Below, one piece after another: positions 53,936 to 62,450 of a stretch of DNA of 64,000 nucleotides; within the stretch, counting starts at the first letter, position 1, and every line of letters begins with the position of its first letter. A program made the translations under genes and the position numbers. The stretch lies in NCBI RefSeq assembly GCF_000009045.1, contig NC_000964.3, positions 1,798,001 through 1,862,000 on the forward strand, given 5' to 3'. This DNA is from Bacillus subtilis subsp. subtilis str. 168. Lineage in GTDB: Bacteria; Bacillota; Bacilli; Bacillales; Bacillaceae. The notes under the pieces were generated by a model. The model saw only the letters and a list, made by a program, of their open reading frames with translations, was not told the DNA's origin and searched no databases.

Positions 53936-56900
53936 AAAGAAGAGAACGGAGGCAGAAGAAGATCCAAGCCATATACAAATGAATGCTGAAATCGATCATT
54001 CACAGGAAAGCGATTCTCTCATCGAACAAACGGCACAATTTGTGAAGCATACGCTGGCAAAATCAATCAAACTATCACCAGAACGTATTCACGAAGATAC
54101 GACATTTGAGAAGTATGGAATTGATTCGATTTTGCAGGTGAATTTCATTCGTGAATTAGAAAAAGTGACGGGAGAGCTTCCAAAAACCATTTTATTTGAA
54201 CATAACAACACAAAAGAACTCGTCGAATATTTAGTAAAGGGGCATGAAAATAAGCTTCGGACAGCATTGTTAAAGGAAAAAACGAAGCCTGCAAAAAATG
54301 AAGCTCCACTTCAAACAGAGCGTACAGATCCTAATAAGCCATTTACTTTTCATACACGCCGCTTTGTTACAGAGCAGGAAGTCACGGAAACTCAGCTAGC
54401 AAATACCGAACCACTAAAAATAGAAAAGACAAGTAATTTGCAAGGAACACATTTTAATGATTCTAGTACAGAAGATATCGCAATAATCGGGGTAAGCGGG
54501 CGCTATCCGATGTCTAACAGTTTAGAAGAGCTTTGGGGGCATTTAATCGCCGGAGACAATTGTATTACAGAGGCACCGGAATCCAGATGGCGCACATCTT
54601 TATTGAAAACATTATCAAAAGATCCAAAAAAGCCGGCAAATAAGAAACGCTATGGCGGATTTTTACAAGATATAGAGGCATTTGACCATCAGCTTTTTGA
54701 GGTGGAGCAAAACCGGGTGATGGAAATGACACCGGAACTCCGTTTATGTTTAGAAACCGTCTGGGAAACGTTTGAGGACGGCGGCTATACGCGAACCCGG
54801 CTGGATAAATTGCGGGATGATGACGGAGTAGGTGTTTTTATAGGGAATATGTATAACCAGTATTTTTGGAATATCCCATCTTTAGAGCAGGCAGTCCTCA
54901 GCTCAAATGGGGGAGACTGGCACATTGCAAATCGCGTTTCCCACTTTTTTAACCTGACCGGACCGAGTATCGCTGTCAGCTCAGCATGCTCTAGTTCATT
55001 AAACGCCATACATCTTGCGTGTGAAAGCCTGAAATTGAAAAACTGCTCAATGGCGATTGCTGGAGGTGTCAATTTAACACTCGATCTCTCTAAATATGAT
55101 TCTTTGGAGCGTGCCAATCTGCTGGGAAGCGGCAATCAAAGCAAAAGTTTTGGCACCGGAAACGGGCTTATTCCCGGGGAAGGCGTCGGAGCTGTCCTGT
55201 TAAAACCACTTTCGAAGGCGATGGAAGATCAGGATCATATTTACGCTGTGATCAAAAGCAGTTTTGCTAACCATAGCGGCGGAAGACAGATGTATACAGC
55301 TCCGGACCCGAAGCAGCAAGCAAAGTTAATTGTCAAGTCGATTCAGCAGTCGGGCATTGATCCAGAGACTATCGGCTATATTGAATCGGCGGCAAATGGT
55401 TCGGCGCTGGGCGATCCTATTGAAGTAATTGCCTTAACAAACGCGTTTCAACAATATACAAACAAGAAACAGTTTTGTGCGATAGGCTCTGTCAAATCCA
55501 ATCTGGGGCATTTAGAGGCGGCTTCCGGTATTTCTCAGCTGACAAAAGTGCTGCTGCAGATGAAGAAAGGGACGCTGGTGCCGACAATTAACGCGATGCC
55601 TGTCAATCCAAATATTAAGCTGGAACACACGGCTTTCTATCTTCAGGAACAAACAGAGCCATGGCATCGCTTGAATGATCCTGAAACTGGAAAACAATTG
55701 CCGCGCAGAAGCATGATCAATTCCTTCGGAGCGGGGGGAGCCTATGCCAATCTTATTATAGAAGAATATATGGAGACGGCCCCTGAGAAAGAACATATCG
55801 CTCCCCGCCAGCAGGAATTCACTGCCGTTTTTTCAGCCAAAACAAAATGGAGCCTGCTTAGCTATCTAGAAAATATGCAATTGTTTTTAGAGAAGGAAGC
55901 TTCTCTGGATATTGAACCCGTTGTACAGGCTTTACACAGGAGAAACCATAATTTAGAGCATAGGACTGCATTTACAGTGGCATCGACTCAAGAGCTGATC
56001 GAAAAACTAAAGGTGTTCCGAACATCAAGAGAAAGCTCACTCCAGCAAGGCATCTATACATCATTCGATTTACAGCCATGTGCGGAATCAGCATCTAGGG
56101 ATAGAGAAATAAACGCAGCAGAGCAATGGGCACAAGGGGCATTGATTGCTTTTAAAGAAGCTGATATAGGGAACCGAACAGGCTGGGTTCATCTGCCTCA
56201 CTATGCATTTGACCATAATACATCATTTCATTTCGATGTATCGTCTATCAATGAGAAATCGTCAGATGTTGAAGACAATATCAATCAGCCGGTCATTCAA
56301 GATCAATTCACTTATGATGAGCCTTACGTTCAAGGACACGTCTTCAACAATGAACGGGTGCTTGTCGGTGCCACATATGGCAGTCTGGCCATTGAAGCAT
56401 TTTTTAACCTGTTCCCTGAGGAAAACAGCGGCCGTATCAGCAAATTAAGTTATATCAGTCCAATTGTCATCAAACAAGGCGAGACCATTGAACTTCAGGC
56501 AAAGCCGCTGCAAAAAGATCAAGTCATAGAACTGCAAATCATGTATCGCGAGCCGTCCTCTGGTTTGTGGAAGCCTGCCGCAATCGGACAATGCGGAATC
56601 GGTTCTTTTGAGCCCAAAAAAGTCAATATCGAGAACGTTAAGCATTCATTAACTAAGCTTCATCACATCGATCAGATGTATAAAACCGGAAACGGTCCTG
56701 AATGGGGAGAGTTATTTAAGACAATTACTCATCTCTACAGAGATCACAAGTCTATACTGGCAAAAATTCGCCTGCCCCAAAGCGGGCTGGCAAACGGGCA
56801 CCATTACACTGTAAGCCCATTGATGACAAACAGCGCGTACTTGGCTATCCTCAGTTTCTTAGAGCAGTTTGACATGACAGGCGGCTTCCTGCCGTTTGGA

Positions 56901-59900
56901 ATCAATGATATCCAGTTTACAAAGCAAACGATAAAAGGGGATTGCTGGCTTTTGATTACATTGGTTAAGAATACAGGTGACATGTTGCTGTTTGATGTAG
57001 ATGTGATCAATGAGTCGTCAGAAACAGTGCTGCACTACTCGGGCTACTCGCTTAAACAGCTTCGTATTTCGAATCAAAGAGGAAATCAAAATAAGGCCAT
57101 CAAAGCCAGCAATCTGAAAGCTCGTATCAGAAGCTATGTAACAGATAAACTGGCAGTAAACATGGCCGATCCGTCAAAATTGTCAATTGCAAAAGCGCAT
57201 ATCATGGATTTTGGAATTGATTCTTCTCAATTGGTTGCACTGACAAGGGAGATGGAAGCAGAGACAAAGATCGAATTAAATCCGACTCTGTTTTTTGAAT
57301 ATCCGACTATTCAAGAGTTAATCGACTTTTTTGCGGACAAACATGAAGCATCTTTTGCTCAGCTGTTTGGTGAAGCTCATCAGCAGGAAGAACGCCCAGC
57401 TCAAATCGAAAACCAAATGAAACAGATTCCGGCATACGAGACGAACACGGATAAAACAATCGAACACGCGGCAGACGGCATAGCCATTATCGGCATGTCG
57501 GGACAGTTTCCGAAAGCAAACAGCGTAACGGAATTTTGGGATAACCTTGTCCAAGGAAAGAACTGTGTCTCTGAAGTGCCGAAAGAACGCTGGGACTGGC
57601 GCAAATATGCCGCAGCCGATAAGGAAGGGCAATCAAGCCTTCAATGGGGCGGTTTTATAGAAGGAATAGGTGAGTTTGATCCCCTGTTTTTTGGCATATC
57701 GCCTAAAGAAGCGGCGAATATGGACCCACAGGAGTTTCTGCTCTTGATACATGCATGGAAGGCGATGGAAGATGCAGGCTTAACAGGGCAGGTTTTATCC
57801 AGCCGCCCGACAGGAGTATTTGTCGCAGCCGGCAATACGGATACAGCTGTGGTTCCTTCCCTAATTCCAAACCGTATATCCTATGCACTTGATGTAAAAG
57901 GGCCAAGTGAATATTATGAAGCTGCCTGTTCCTCAGCTCTAGTGGCTTTGCACAGAGCTATACAATCCATTCGAAACGGCGAATGTGAGCAAGCCATTGT
58001 CGGGGCTGTGAATTTGCTGCTTTCACCAAAAGGCTTTATTGGCTTCGACTCAATGGGCTATTTGAGTGAGAAAGGGCAGGCCAAATCCTTTCAAGCAGAT
58101 GCAAATGGCTTTGTCAGAAGTGAAGGAGCAGGAGTTCTCATCATTAAACCATTGCAAAAAGCCATTGAAGATTCTGATCATATTTATTCGGTTATTAAAG
58201 GTTCAGGTGTATCGCATGGCGGCAGGGGAATGTCACTTCACGCGCCAAATCCGGCCGGCATGAAGGATGCAATGCTGAAGGCTTATCAAGGAGCGCAAAT
58301 TGATCCCAAAACGGTGACCTATATAGAAGCGCATGGGATCGCCTCTCCATTGGCAGACGCGATAGAAATAGAGGCGTTAAAGTCAGGCTGCAGTCAGCTC
58401 GAATTGGAACTTCCACAGGAAGTACGGGAGGAAGCGCCATGTTATATCAGCAGCTTAAAGCCGAGCATCGGACACGGTGAACTCGTCTCAGGCATGGCTG
58501 CTCTTATGAAGGTCAGCATGGCGATGAAGCATCAAACAATACCAGGCATATCCGGATTTTCGTCTTTGAATGACCAGGTGTCATTAAAGGGCACCCGTTT
58601 CCGAGTGACTGCCGAGAATCAGCAATGGAGGGATTTAAGTGACGATGCAGGCAAAAAAATTCCGCGCAGAGCGAGTATCAACAGCTATAGCTTTGGAGGC
58701 GTAAATGCGCACGTCATTTTAGAAGAATATATTCCTTTACCAAAACCACCGGTTAGTATGAGTGAGAATGGTGCCCACATTGTAGTTCTTTCTGCAAAGA
58801 ATCAAGACAGGCTAAAAGCAATTGCTCAACAGCAGCTTGACTATGTGAATAAACAACAAGAACTGTCATTACAAGATTATGCTTATACACTTCAAACCGG
58901 CCGAGAGGAAATGGAAGACCGCCTGGCGCTCGTCGTCCGCAGTAAAGAAGAACTGGTAATCGGCTTGCAAGCCTGCTTAGCAGAAAAAGGCGATAAGCTG
59001 AAGAGTTCTGTACCTGTCTTTAGCGGAAATGCAGAAAATGGCTCGTCAGATCTCGAAGCCTTGCTGGATGGTCCATTAAGAGAAATGGTGATCGAGACTT
59101 TGTTGTCTGAAAACAACCTTGAAAAGATCGCGTTTTGCTGGACAAAAGGGGTGCAAATCCCATGGGAAAAGCTTTATCAAGGAAAAGGTGCCCGCAGAAT
59201 ACCGTTGCCAACCTATCCATTTGAAAAGAGAAGCTGCTGGAACGGCTTTCAAGCAGTAGAGAATACGCCTTCTGTTTCACAGGATGAGCGTATCAACAAC
59301 AGCAGCGATCATCACATATTAGCAAATGTACTAGGGATGGCTCCGGATGAACTGCAGTTTCATAAGCCATTGCAGCAGTATGGATTTGATTCAATTTCTT
59401 GCATACAGTTATTACAGCAATTGCAATCAAAGGTGGACCCTCTCATTGTCTTGACGGAGCTTCAAGCATGCCATACTGTTCAGGACATGATGGACTTGAT
59501 CGCAAAGAAACAGGAGGATACATCCTTACAAAATGATCAAGCTCGCACGTTTCCGGAATTAATACCGTTAAATGACGGCAAGCGGGGGCGCCCTGTCTTT
59601 TGGTTCCATGGCGGAGTAGGAGGAGTTGAAATCTATCAGCAATTTGCACAAAAGAGCCAGCGCCCTTTTTACGGCATTCAAGCCAGAGGATTCATGACTG
59701 ATTCTGCTCCTTTGCACGGAATTGAACAAATGGCTTCCTATTATATAGAGATCATTCGATCCATACAGCCTGAAGGTCCTTATGATGTAGGCGGATATTC
59801 CTTAGGCGGGATGATTGCATATGAAGTCACTCGCCAGCTGCAAAGCCAAGGCCTTGCTGTCAAAAGCATGGTGATGATTGACTCCCCATATCGTTCTGAG

Positions 59901-60521
59901 ACAAAAGAGAATGAGGCATCTATGAAAACGTCAATGCTGCAAACAATTAATACGATGCTGGCATCGATTGCGAAACGGGAAAAGTTTACGGATGTTCTCA
60001 TCAGCCGTGAAGAGGTGGACATAAGCTTAGAGGATGAAGAATTCCTGTCTGAGTTGATTGACTTGGCAAAAGAACGAGGGCTAAACAAACCAGATAAACA
60101 AATACGTGCGCAGGCTCAGCAAATGATGAAAACACAGCGCGCCTATGATTTGGAGTCGTACACTGTTAAGCCTCTCCCTGATCCTGAGACGGTAAAATGT
60201 TATTATTTCCGCAACAAAAGCAGGTCTTTCTTTGGTGATTTAGACACTTATTTCACTTTATCAAATGAAAAAGAACCGTTTGATCAAGCTGCCTATTGGG
60301 AGGAATGGGAGCGGCAAATTCCTCATTTCCACCTGGTGGATGTCGATTCAAGCAACCACTTCATGATATTAACCGAACCGAAAGCGTCAACAGCCCTGTT
60401 AGAATTTTGCGAAAAGCTCTATTCAAACAGGGGAGTAGTGAATGCGAATTTCCTTAAGGCTTTCCGGAAGAAACATGAAGCGAGGGAAGAAAAAGAAACA
60501 GATGAATTGGTGAAGCGCTGA
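52890..60521 (+). CDS. pksR: trans-AT PKS PksR: cMT-ACP-KS0-enoyl isomerase(DH*)-ACP-KS(0)-ACP-TE
   Basis: 2543-aa ORF. MT (LEIGAGTGG), KS with ESAANGS, variant DH, KS with EAHGIAS, and C-terminal thioesterase GYSLG (Ser codon 59799). RBS AGGAGG at 52874-52879. Confidence 0.97.
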   Translation: MLNTEDILCKMLFAQLQSIGFFTESKSQPVLENFYGRWFEESQSILERHQFLKRTENGHVPTRSIGTMSELWKEWNEQKFDLLQDNNMKAMVTLVETALKALPEILTGKASATDILFPNSSMDLVEGVYKNNQVADYFNDVLADTLTAYLQERLKQEPEAKIRILEIGAGTGGTSAAVFQKLKAWQTHIKEYCYTDLSKAFLMHAENKYGPDNPYLTYKRFNVEEPASEQHIDAGGYDAVIAANVLHATKNIRQTLRNAKAVLKKNGLLLLNEISNHNIYSHLTFGLLEGWWLYEDPDLRIPGCPGLYPDTWKMVLESEGFRYVSFMAEQSHQLGQQIIAAESNGVVRQKKRTEAEEDPSHIQMNAEIDHSQESDSLIEQTAQFVKHTLAKSIKLSPERIHEDTTFEKYGIDSILQVNFIRELEKVTGELPKTILFEHNNTKELVEYLVKGHENKLRTALLKEKTKPAKNEAPLQTERTDPNKPFTFHTRRFVTEQEVTETQLANTEPLKIEKTSNLQGTHFNDSSTEDIAIIGVSGRYPMSNSLEELWGHLIAGDNCITEAPESRWRTSLLKTLSKDPKKPANKKRYGGFLQDIEAFDHQLFEVEQNRVMEMTPELRLCLETVWETFEDGGYTRTRLDKLRDDDGVGVFIGNMYNQYFWNIPSLEQAVLSSNGGDWHIANRVSHFFNLTGPSIAVSSACSSSLNAIHLACESLKLKNCSMAIAGGVNLTLDLSKYDSLERANLLGSGNQSKSFGTGNGLIPGEGVGAVLLKPLSKAMEDQDHIYAVIKSSFANHSGGRQMYTAPDPKQQAKLIVKSIQQSGIDPETIGYIESAANGSALGDPIEVIALTNAFQQYTNKKQFCAIGSVKSNLGHLEAASGISQLTKVLLQMKKGTLVPTINAMPVNPNIKLEHTAFYLQEQTEPWHRLNDPETGKQLPRRSMINSFGAGGAYANLIIEEYMETAPEKEHIAPRQQEFTAVFSAKTKWSLLSYLENMQLFLEKEASLDIEPVVQALHRRNHNLEHRTAFTVASTQELIEKLKVFRTSRESSLQQGIYTSFDLQPCAESASRDREINAAEQWAQGALIAFKEADIGNRTGWVHLPHYAFDHNTSFHFDVSSINEKSSDVEDNINQPVIQDQFTYDEPYVQGHVFNNERVLVGATYGSLAIEAFFNLFPEENSGRISKLSYISPIVIKQGETIELQAKPLQKDQVIELQIMYREPSSGLWKPAAIGQCGIGSFEPKKVNIENVKHSLTKLHHIDQMYKTGNGPEWGELFKTITHLYRDHKSILAKIRLPQSGLANGHHYTVSPLMTNSAYLAILSFLEQFDMTGGFLPFGINDIQFTKQTIKGDCWLLITLVKNTGDMLLFDVDVINESSETVLHYSGYSLKQLRISNQRGNQNKAIKASNLKARIRSYVTDKLAVNMADPSKLSIAKAHIMDFGIDSSQLVALTREMEAETKIELNPTLFFEYPTIQELIDFFADKHEASFAQLFGEAHQQEERPAQIENQMKQIPAYETNTDKTIEHAADGIAIIGMSGQFPKANSVTEFWDNLVQGKNCVSEVPKERWDWRKYAAADKEGQSSLQWGGFIEGIGEFDPLFFGISPKEAANMDPQEFLLLIHAWKAMEDAGLTGQVLSSRPTGVFVAAGNTDTAVVPSLIPNRISYALDVKGPSEYYEAACSSALVALHRAIQSIRNGECEQAIVGAVNLLLSPKGFIGFDSMGYLSEKGQAKSFQADANGFVRSEGAGVLIIKPLQKAIEDSDHIYSVIKGSGVSHGGRGMSLHAPNPAGMKDAMLKAYQGAQIDPKTVTYIEAHGIASPLADAIEIEALKSGCSQLELELPQEVREEAPCYISSLKPSIGHGELVSGMAALMKVSMAMKHQTIPGISGFSSLNDQVSLKGTRFRVTAENQQWRDLSDDAGKKIPRRASINSYSFGGVNAHVILEEYIPLPKPPVSMSENGAHIVVLSAKNQDRLKAIAQQQLDYVNKQQELSLQDYAYTLQTGREEMEDRLALVVRSKEELVIGLQACLAEKGDKLKSSVPVFSGNAENGSSDLEALLDGPLREMVIETLLSENNLEKIAFCWTKGVQIPWEKLYQGKGARRIPLPTYPFEKRSCWNGFQAVENTPSVSQDERINNSSDHHILANVLGMAPDELQFHKPLQQYGFDSISCIQLLQQLQSKVDPLIVLTELQACHTVQDMMDLIAKKQEDTSLQNDQARTFPELIPLNDGKRGRPVFWFHGGVGGVEIYQQFAQKSQRPFYGIQARGFMTDSAPLHGIEQMASYYIEIIRSIQPEGPYDVGGYSLGGMIAYEVTRQLQSQGLAVKSMVMIDSPYRSETKENEASMKTSMLQTINTMLASIAKREKFTDVLISREEVDISLEDEEFLSELIDLAKERGLNKPDKQIRAQAQQMMKTQRAYDLESYTVKPLPDPETVKCYYFRNKSRSFFGDLDTYFTLSNEKEPFDQAAYWEEWERQIPHFHLVDVDSSNHFMILTEPKASTALLEFCEKLYSNRGVVNANFLKAFRKKHEAREEKETDELVKR
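56290..57075 (+). other. Enoyl-isomerase (DH*, double-bond shift) domain of PksR
   Basis: The His is retained (GHVFNNERVLVG, codon 56337) but the motif Pro is lost, and the catalytic Asp position reads Asn (MTNSAY, codon 56829). It follows a KS0. Confidence 0.8.
59560..60430 (+). other. Terminal thioesterase domain
   Basis: FWFHGGVG, GGYSLGG and SNHFM motifs. Confidence 0.88.
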
Positions 60522-60529
60522 GAAAACAC

Positions 60530-60560
60530 AAACGCCCCCTCTTTTAAAAGGGGGCGTTTT
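60530..60560. terminator. Bidirectional intrinsic terminator between the convergent pksR and pksS genes
   Basis: aaacgccccc (60530-60539) pairs perfectly with gggggcgttt (60550-60559) around tcttttaaaa. There are T-rich tails on both strands. It starts 8 nt after the pksR stop and ends just before the pksS stop. Confidence 0.92.
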
Positions 60561-60565
60561 GAATG

Positions 60566-61783
60566 TTATTTTGAAAGTGAAACAGGGAGACTTTCTAATC
60601 CTCTTAAAAAGACATTTTTTCTCCATTGAATGTCATCAGGTGCAACCGCAAGTTCAATATCAGGAAATCTCTTCAAAAGTGCTTTAAATGCAATGTGGCC
60701 TTCCAGCCTGGCAAGAGGCGCTCCTAAGCAGAAATGAATGCCAAAACCAAAAGAAATATGTCTATTAGGCGACCGATTTATATTTAATATTTCGGGGTTC
60801 TCAAAAAAATTCGGGTCGCGATTGGCAGATCCGATGCCTATAAAAATCATGTCTCCTCTTTTGATCGAATGCCCCTTATATGTAAAGTCTTCGATGGCCC
60901 ACCGATTTGCCATCATAACGACAGGTGAGGTGTATCGCAGCAATTCTTCAACCGCTGTAGCGATCATTTCAGGCTGCTGCTTGAGCTTCTCACATTCCTT
61001 CTTGTGCTGCAGCAATGCGAGGGTGCCTGAGCCGAGTAAGTTAACAGTTGTTTCAAGGCCGGCTACAACGAGCAAGAACAGCATCGAATAGAGCTCTTTT
61101 TCGCTTAACTTGCTGCCGTTTTCCTCAGCATGCACAAGTTTGCTGATTAAATCGTCTTTTGGCTTTATTCTTCTGTCATGGATCAGCTTAGCGATATAAT
61201 CTTTAAATTCACGAAGGGCCTGATTTGTCAGCTCTCTATTACCTTCAGAGGTATCAACCATCGCATTGGTCCAGATTTGAAACTGTGACCGATCTTCTTT
61301 TGGGATTCCCATCAATTCAGATATAACAATAAAAGGCAAAGGGGAAGCGAAGGATTTCATGATATCCGCTTTATTTTCTTTTTCCATTTCATCTAAAAGC
61401 TGTTCAGCAATTTGTTCAATGCTGCCGCGCAGATTTTCAATGGTTCGGGGAGTAAATGCTTGATGAACAAGTGATCTCAGGCGGGTATGGTCAGGTGTGT
61501 CTTTTGCCAGCATATGATCGGATACAAAATCGATATCTTCACTAACGTTGAGCATTTTGATTTGTTCTTGGTTCATCACATTTTTTACGTCTCTTGTAAT
61601 TCGATTGTCTTTTAAAAAGGCCATACAATCATCGTATCGGGTAATTAACCAGGCCGGATATGTGGCTCCGAACCGTTTTAATTCAAATCGGTGAATGGGC
61701 TCTTCCTCTCTAAATCGTCCTAAAACTGAAAAAGGATTGTGATGAAACTCTTTACCATGCGGATGAAACATCAATTTTTCCAT
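60566..61783 (-). CDS. pksS: Cytochrome P450 PksS (405 aa), bacillaene tailoring
   Basis: Heme motif FGFGIHFCLG, EELLR (ExxR) and I-helix AGLETT. The start is placed at ATG 61783 because GAGGAG (61791-61796) sits 7 nt upstream. The ORF-track ATG at 61789 is only 1 nt from the RBS. Confidence 0.96.
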   Translation of the reverse strand: MEKLMFHPHGKEFHHNPFSVLGRFREEEPIHRFELKRFGATYPAWLITRYDDCMAFLKDNRITRDVKNVMNQEQIKMLNVSEDIDFVSDHMLAKDTPDHTRLRSLVHQAFTPRTIENLRGSIEQIAEQLLDEMEKENKADIMKSFASPLPFIVISELMGIPKEDRSQFQIWTNAMVDTSEGNRELTNQALREFKDYIAKLIHDRRIKPKDDLISKLVHAEENGSKLSEKELYSMLFLLVVAGLETTVNLLGSGTLALLQHKKECEKLKQQPEMIATAVEELLRYTSPVVMMANRWAIEDFTYKGHSIKRGDMIFIGIGSANRDPNFFENPEILNINRSPNRHISFGFGIHFCLGAPLARLEGHIAFKALLKRFPDIELAVAPDDIQWRKNVFLRGLESLPVSLSK

Positions 61784-61880
61784 TTGCATTCTCCTCGCCT
61801 AATAGGGTAAATAGATGAATCAAATTGCTGAATTAGTTTACAAAAAACAGAATGATTTGAAATGTAATCCTGTCTCTAAA

Positions 61881-61909
61881 ACTATATATCTATCTTAGGC
61901 GTCATTCAA
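61881..61909 (-). promoter_or_regulatory. Putative SigA promoter of pksS
   Basis: The minus strand reads TTGAAT (61909-61904), 17 nt, TATAGT (61886-61881). It lies just downstream of the ymzB terminator and implies a ~90-nt AT-rich leader. Confidence 0.6.
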
Positions 61910-61945
61910 TAGGGAGAAGAACGAAAAAAGTGAAAAAACGGCTCG

Positions 61946-61984
61946 ATATAAAGCAGCGCCTTTGAACGAAAGCTCAAAGGCGCT
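61946..61984 (-). terminator. Intrinsic terminator downstream of ymzB
   Basis: Perfect 11-bp stem agcgcctttga (61955-61965) / tcaaaggcgct (61974-61984) with an 8-nt loop. On the minus strand it is followed by gctttatat and further T runs. Confidence 0.8.
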
Positions 61985-62013
61985 ACGCTGTATTATTTTG
62001 ATGAAAGTGGCTG

Positions 62014-62370
62014 TCAGCTGTGCTGGATATCAATTGTATATACTGCACGATCTGTTACGACCTTCAATCCTTCGTTTTCTTGGTGAATATGAAGCTCACC
62101 TAATAAAGGAATCTCATAGGCATTTTGCGGAAGCGGTACGTTTCCGTCCTCAGTGAATGTTGTTCCTTCGCCTTCTAAAACAAGCTCTTCTTTCGCAACA
62201 TAATCATCAGGATGATTCGTACTGCGTATAGCCACTTTTTGAAGGTGGAGAACAATCTGATCCAAGTCTGATATCTCTTCATCATGGGTCAATTCACCTT
62301 TTCTAATATCAAGCGTCTGGCCGACTTTTGATTCCAGCCATTGAGAAAGCTGTGTATTCGTGTGTGCCAT
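62014..62370 (-). CDS. ymzB: Small protein of unknown function YmzB (118 aa), general-stress associated
   Basis: ATG at 62370 (MAHTNTQLSQW...) has AGGAGG 7 nt upstream, a SigB-type promoter upstream and a hairpin terminator downstream. Its position between pksS and ymaE fits recalled B. subtilis synteny. Confidence 0.88.
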   Translation of the reverse strand: MAHTNTQLSQWLESKVGQTLDIRKGELTHDEEISDLDQIVLHLQKVAIRSTNHPDDYVAKEELVLEGEGTTFTEDGNVPLPQNAYEIPLLGELHIHQENEGLKVVTDRAVYTIDIQHS

Positions 62371-62401
62371 CAATATTCCTCCTTTTGATCTACACGATAC
62401 T

Positions 62402-62427
62402 ATTCCCAATTGCTGCATCTTTTACAC
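62402..62427 (-). promoter_or_regulatory. Putative SigB promoter of ymzB
   Basis: The minus strand reads GTGTAA, 14 nt, GGGAAT, one mismatch from the SigB consensus GTTTAA-N12-14-GGG(A/T)A(A/T). It lies ~30 nt upstream of the ATG. Confidence 0.72.
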
Positions 62428-62430
62428 GGG

Positions 62431-62450
62431 AAAGAGCCGCCCCACTCTTT
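62431..62450 (-). terminator. Weak hairpin overlapping the ymaE stop codon
   Basis: aaagag / ctcttt 6-bp stem around ccgcccca, with only a short U tail. Confidence 0.35.

Noticed and set aside
61820-61836. CodY-like box in the pksS leader
   Set aside because: About 6 of 15 mismatches to AATTTTCWGAAAATT on either strand, which is not supportable.
62371-62418. 16-aa N-terminal extension of ymzB in the ORF track
   Set aside because: It spans the SigB promoter and the RBS. ATG 62370 has a perfect SD.
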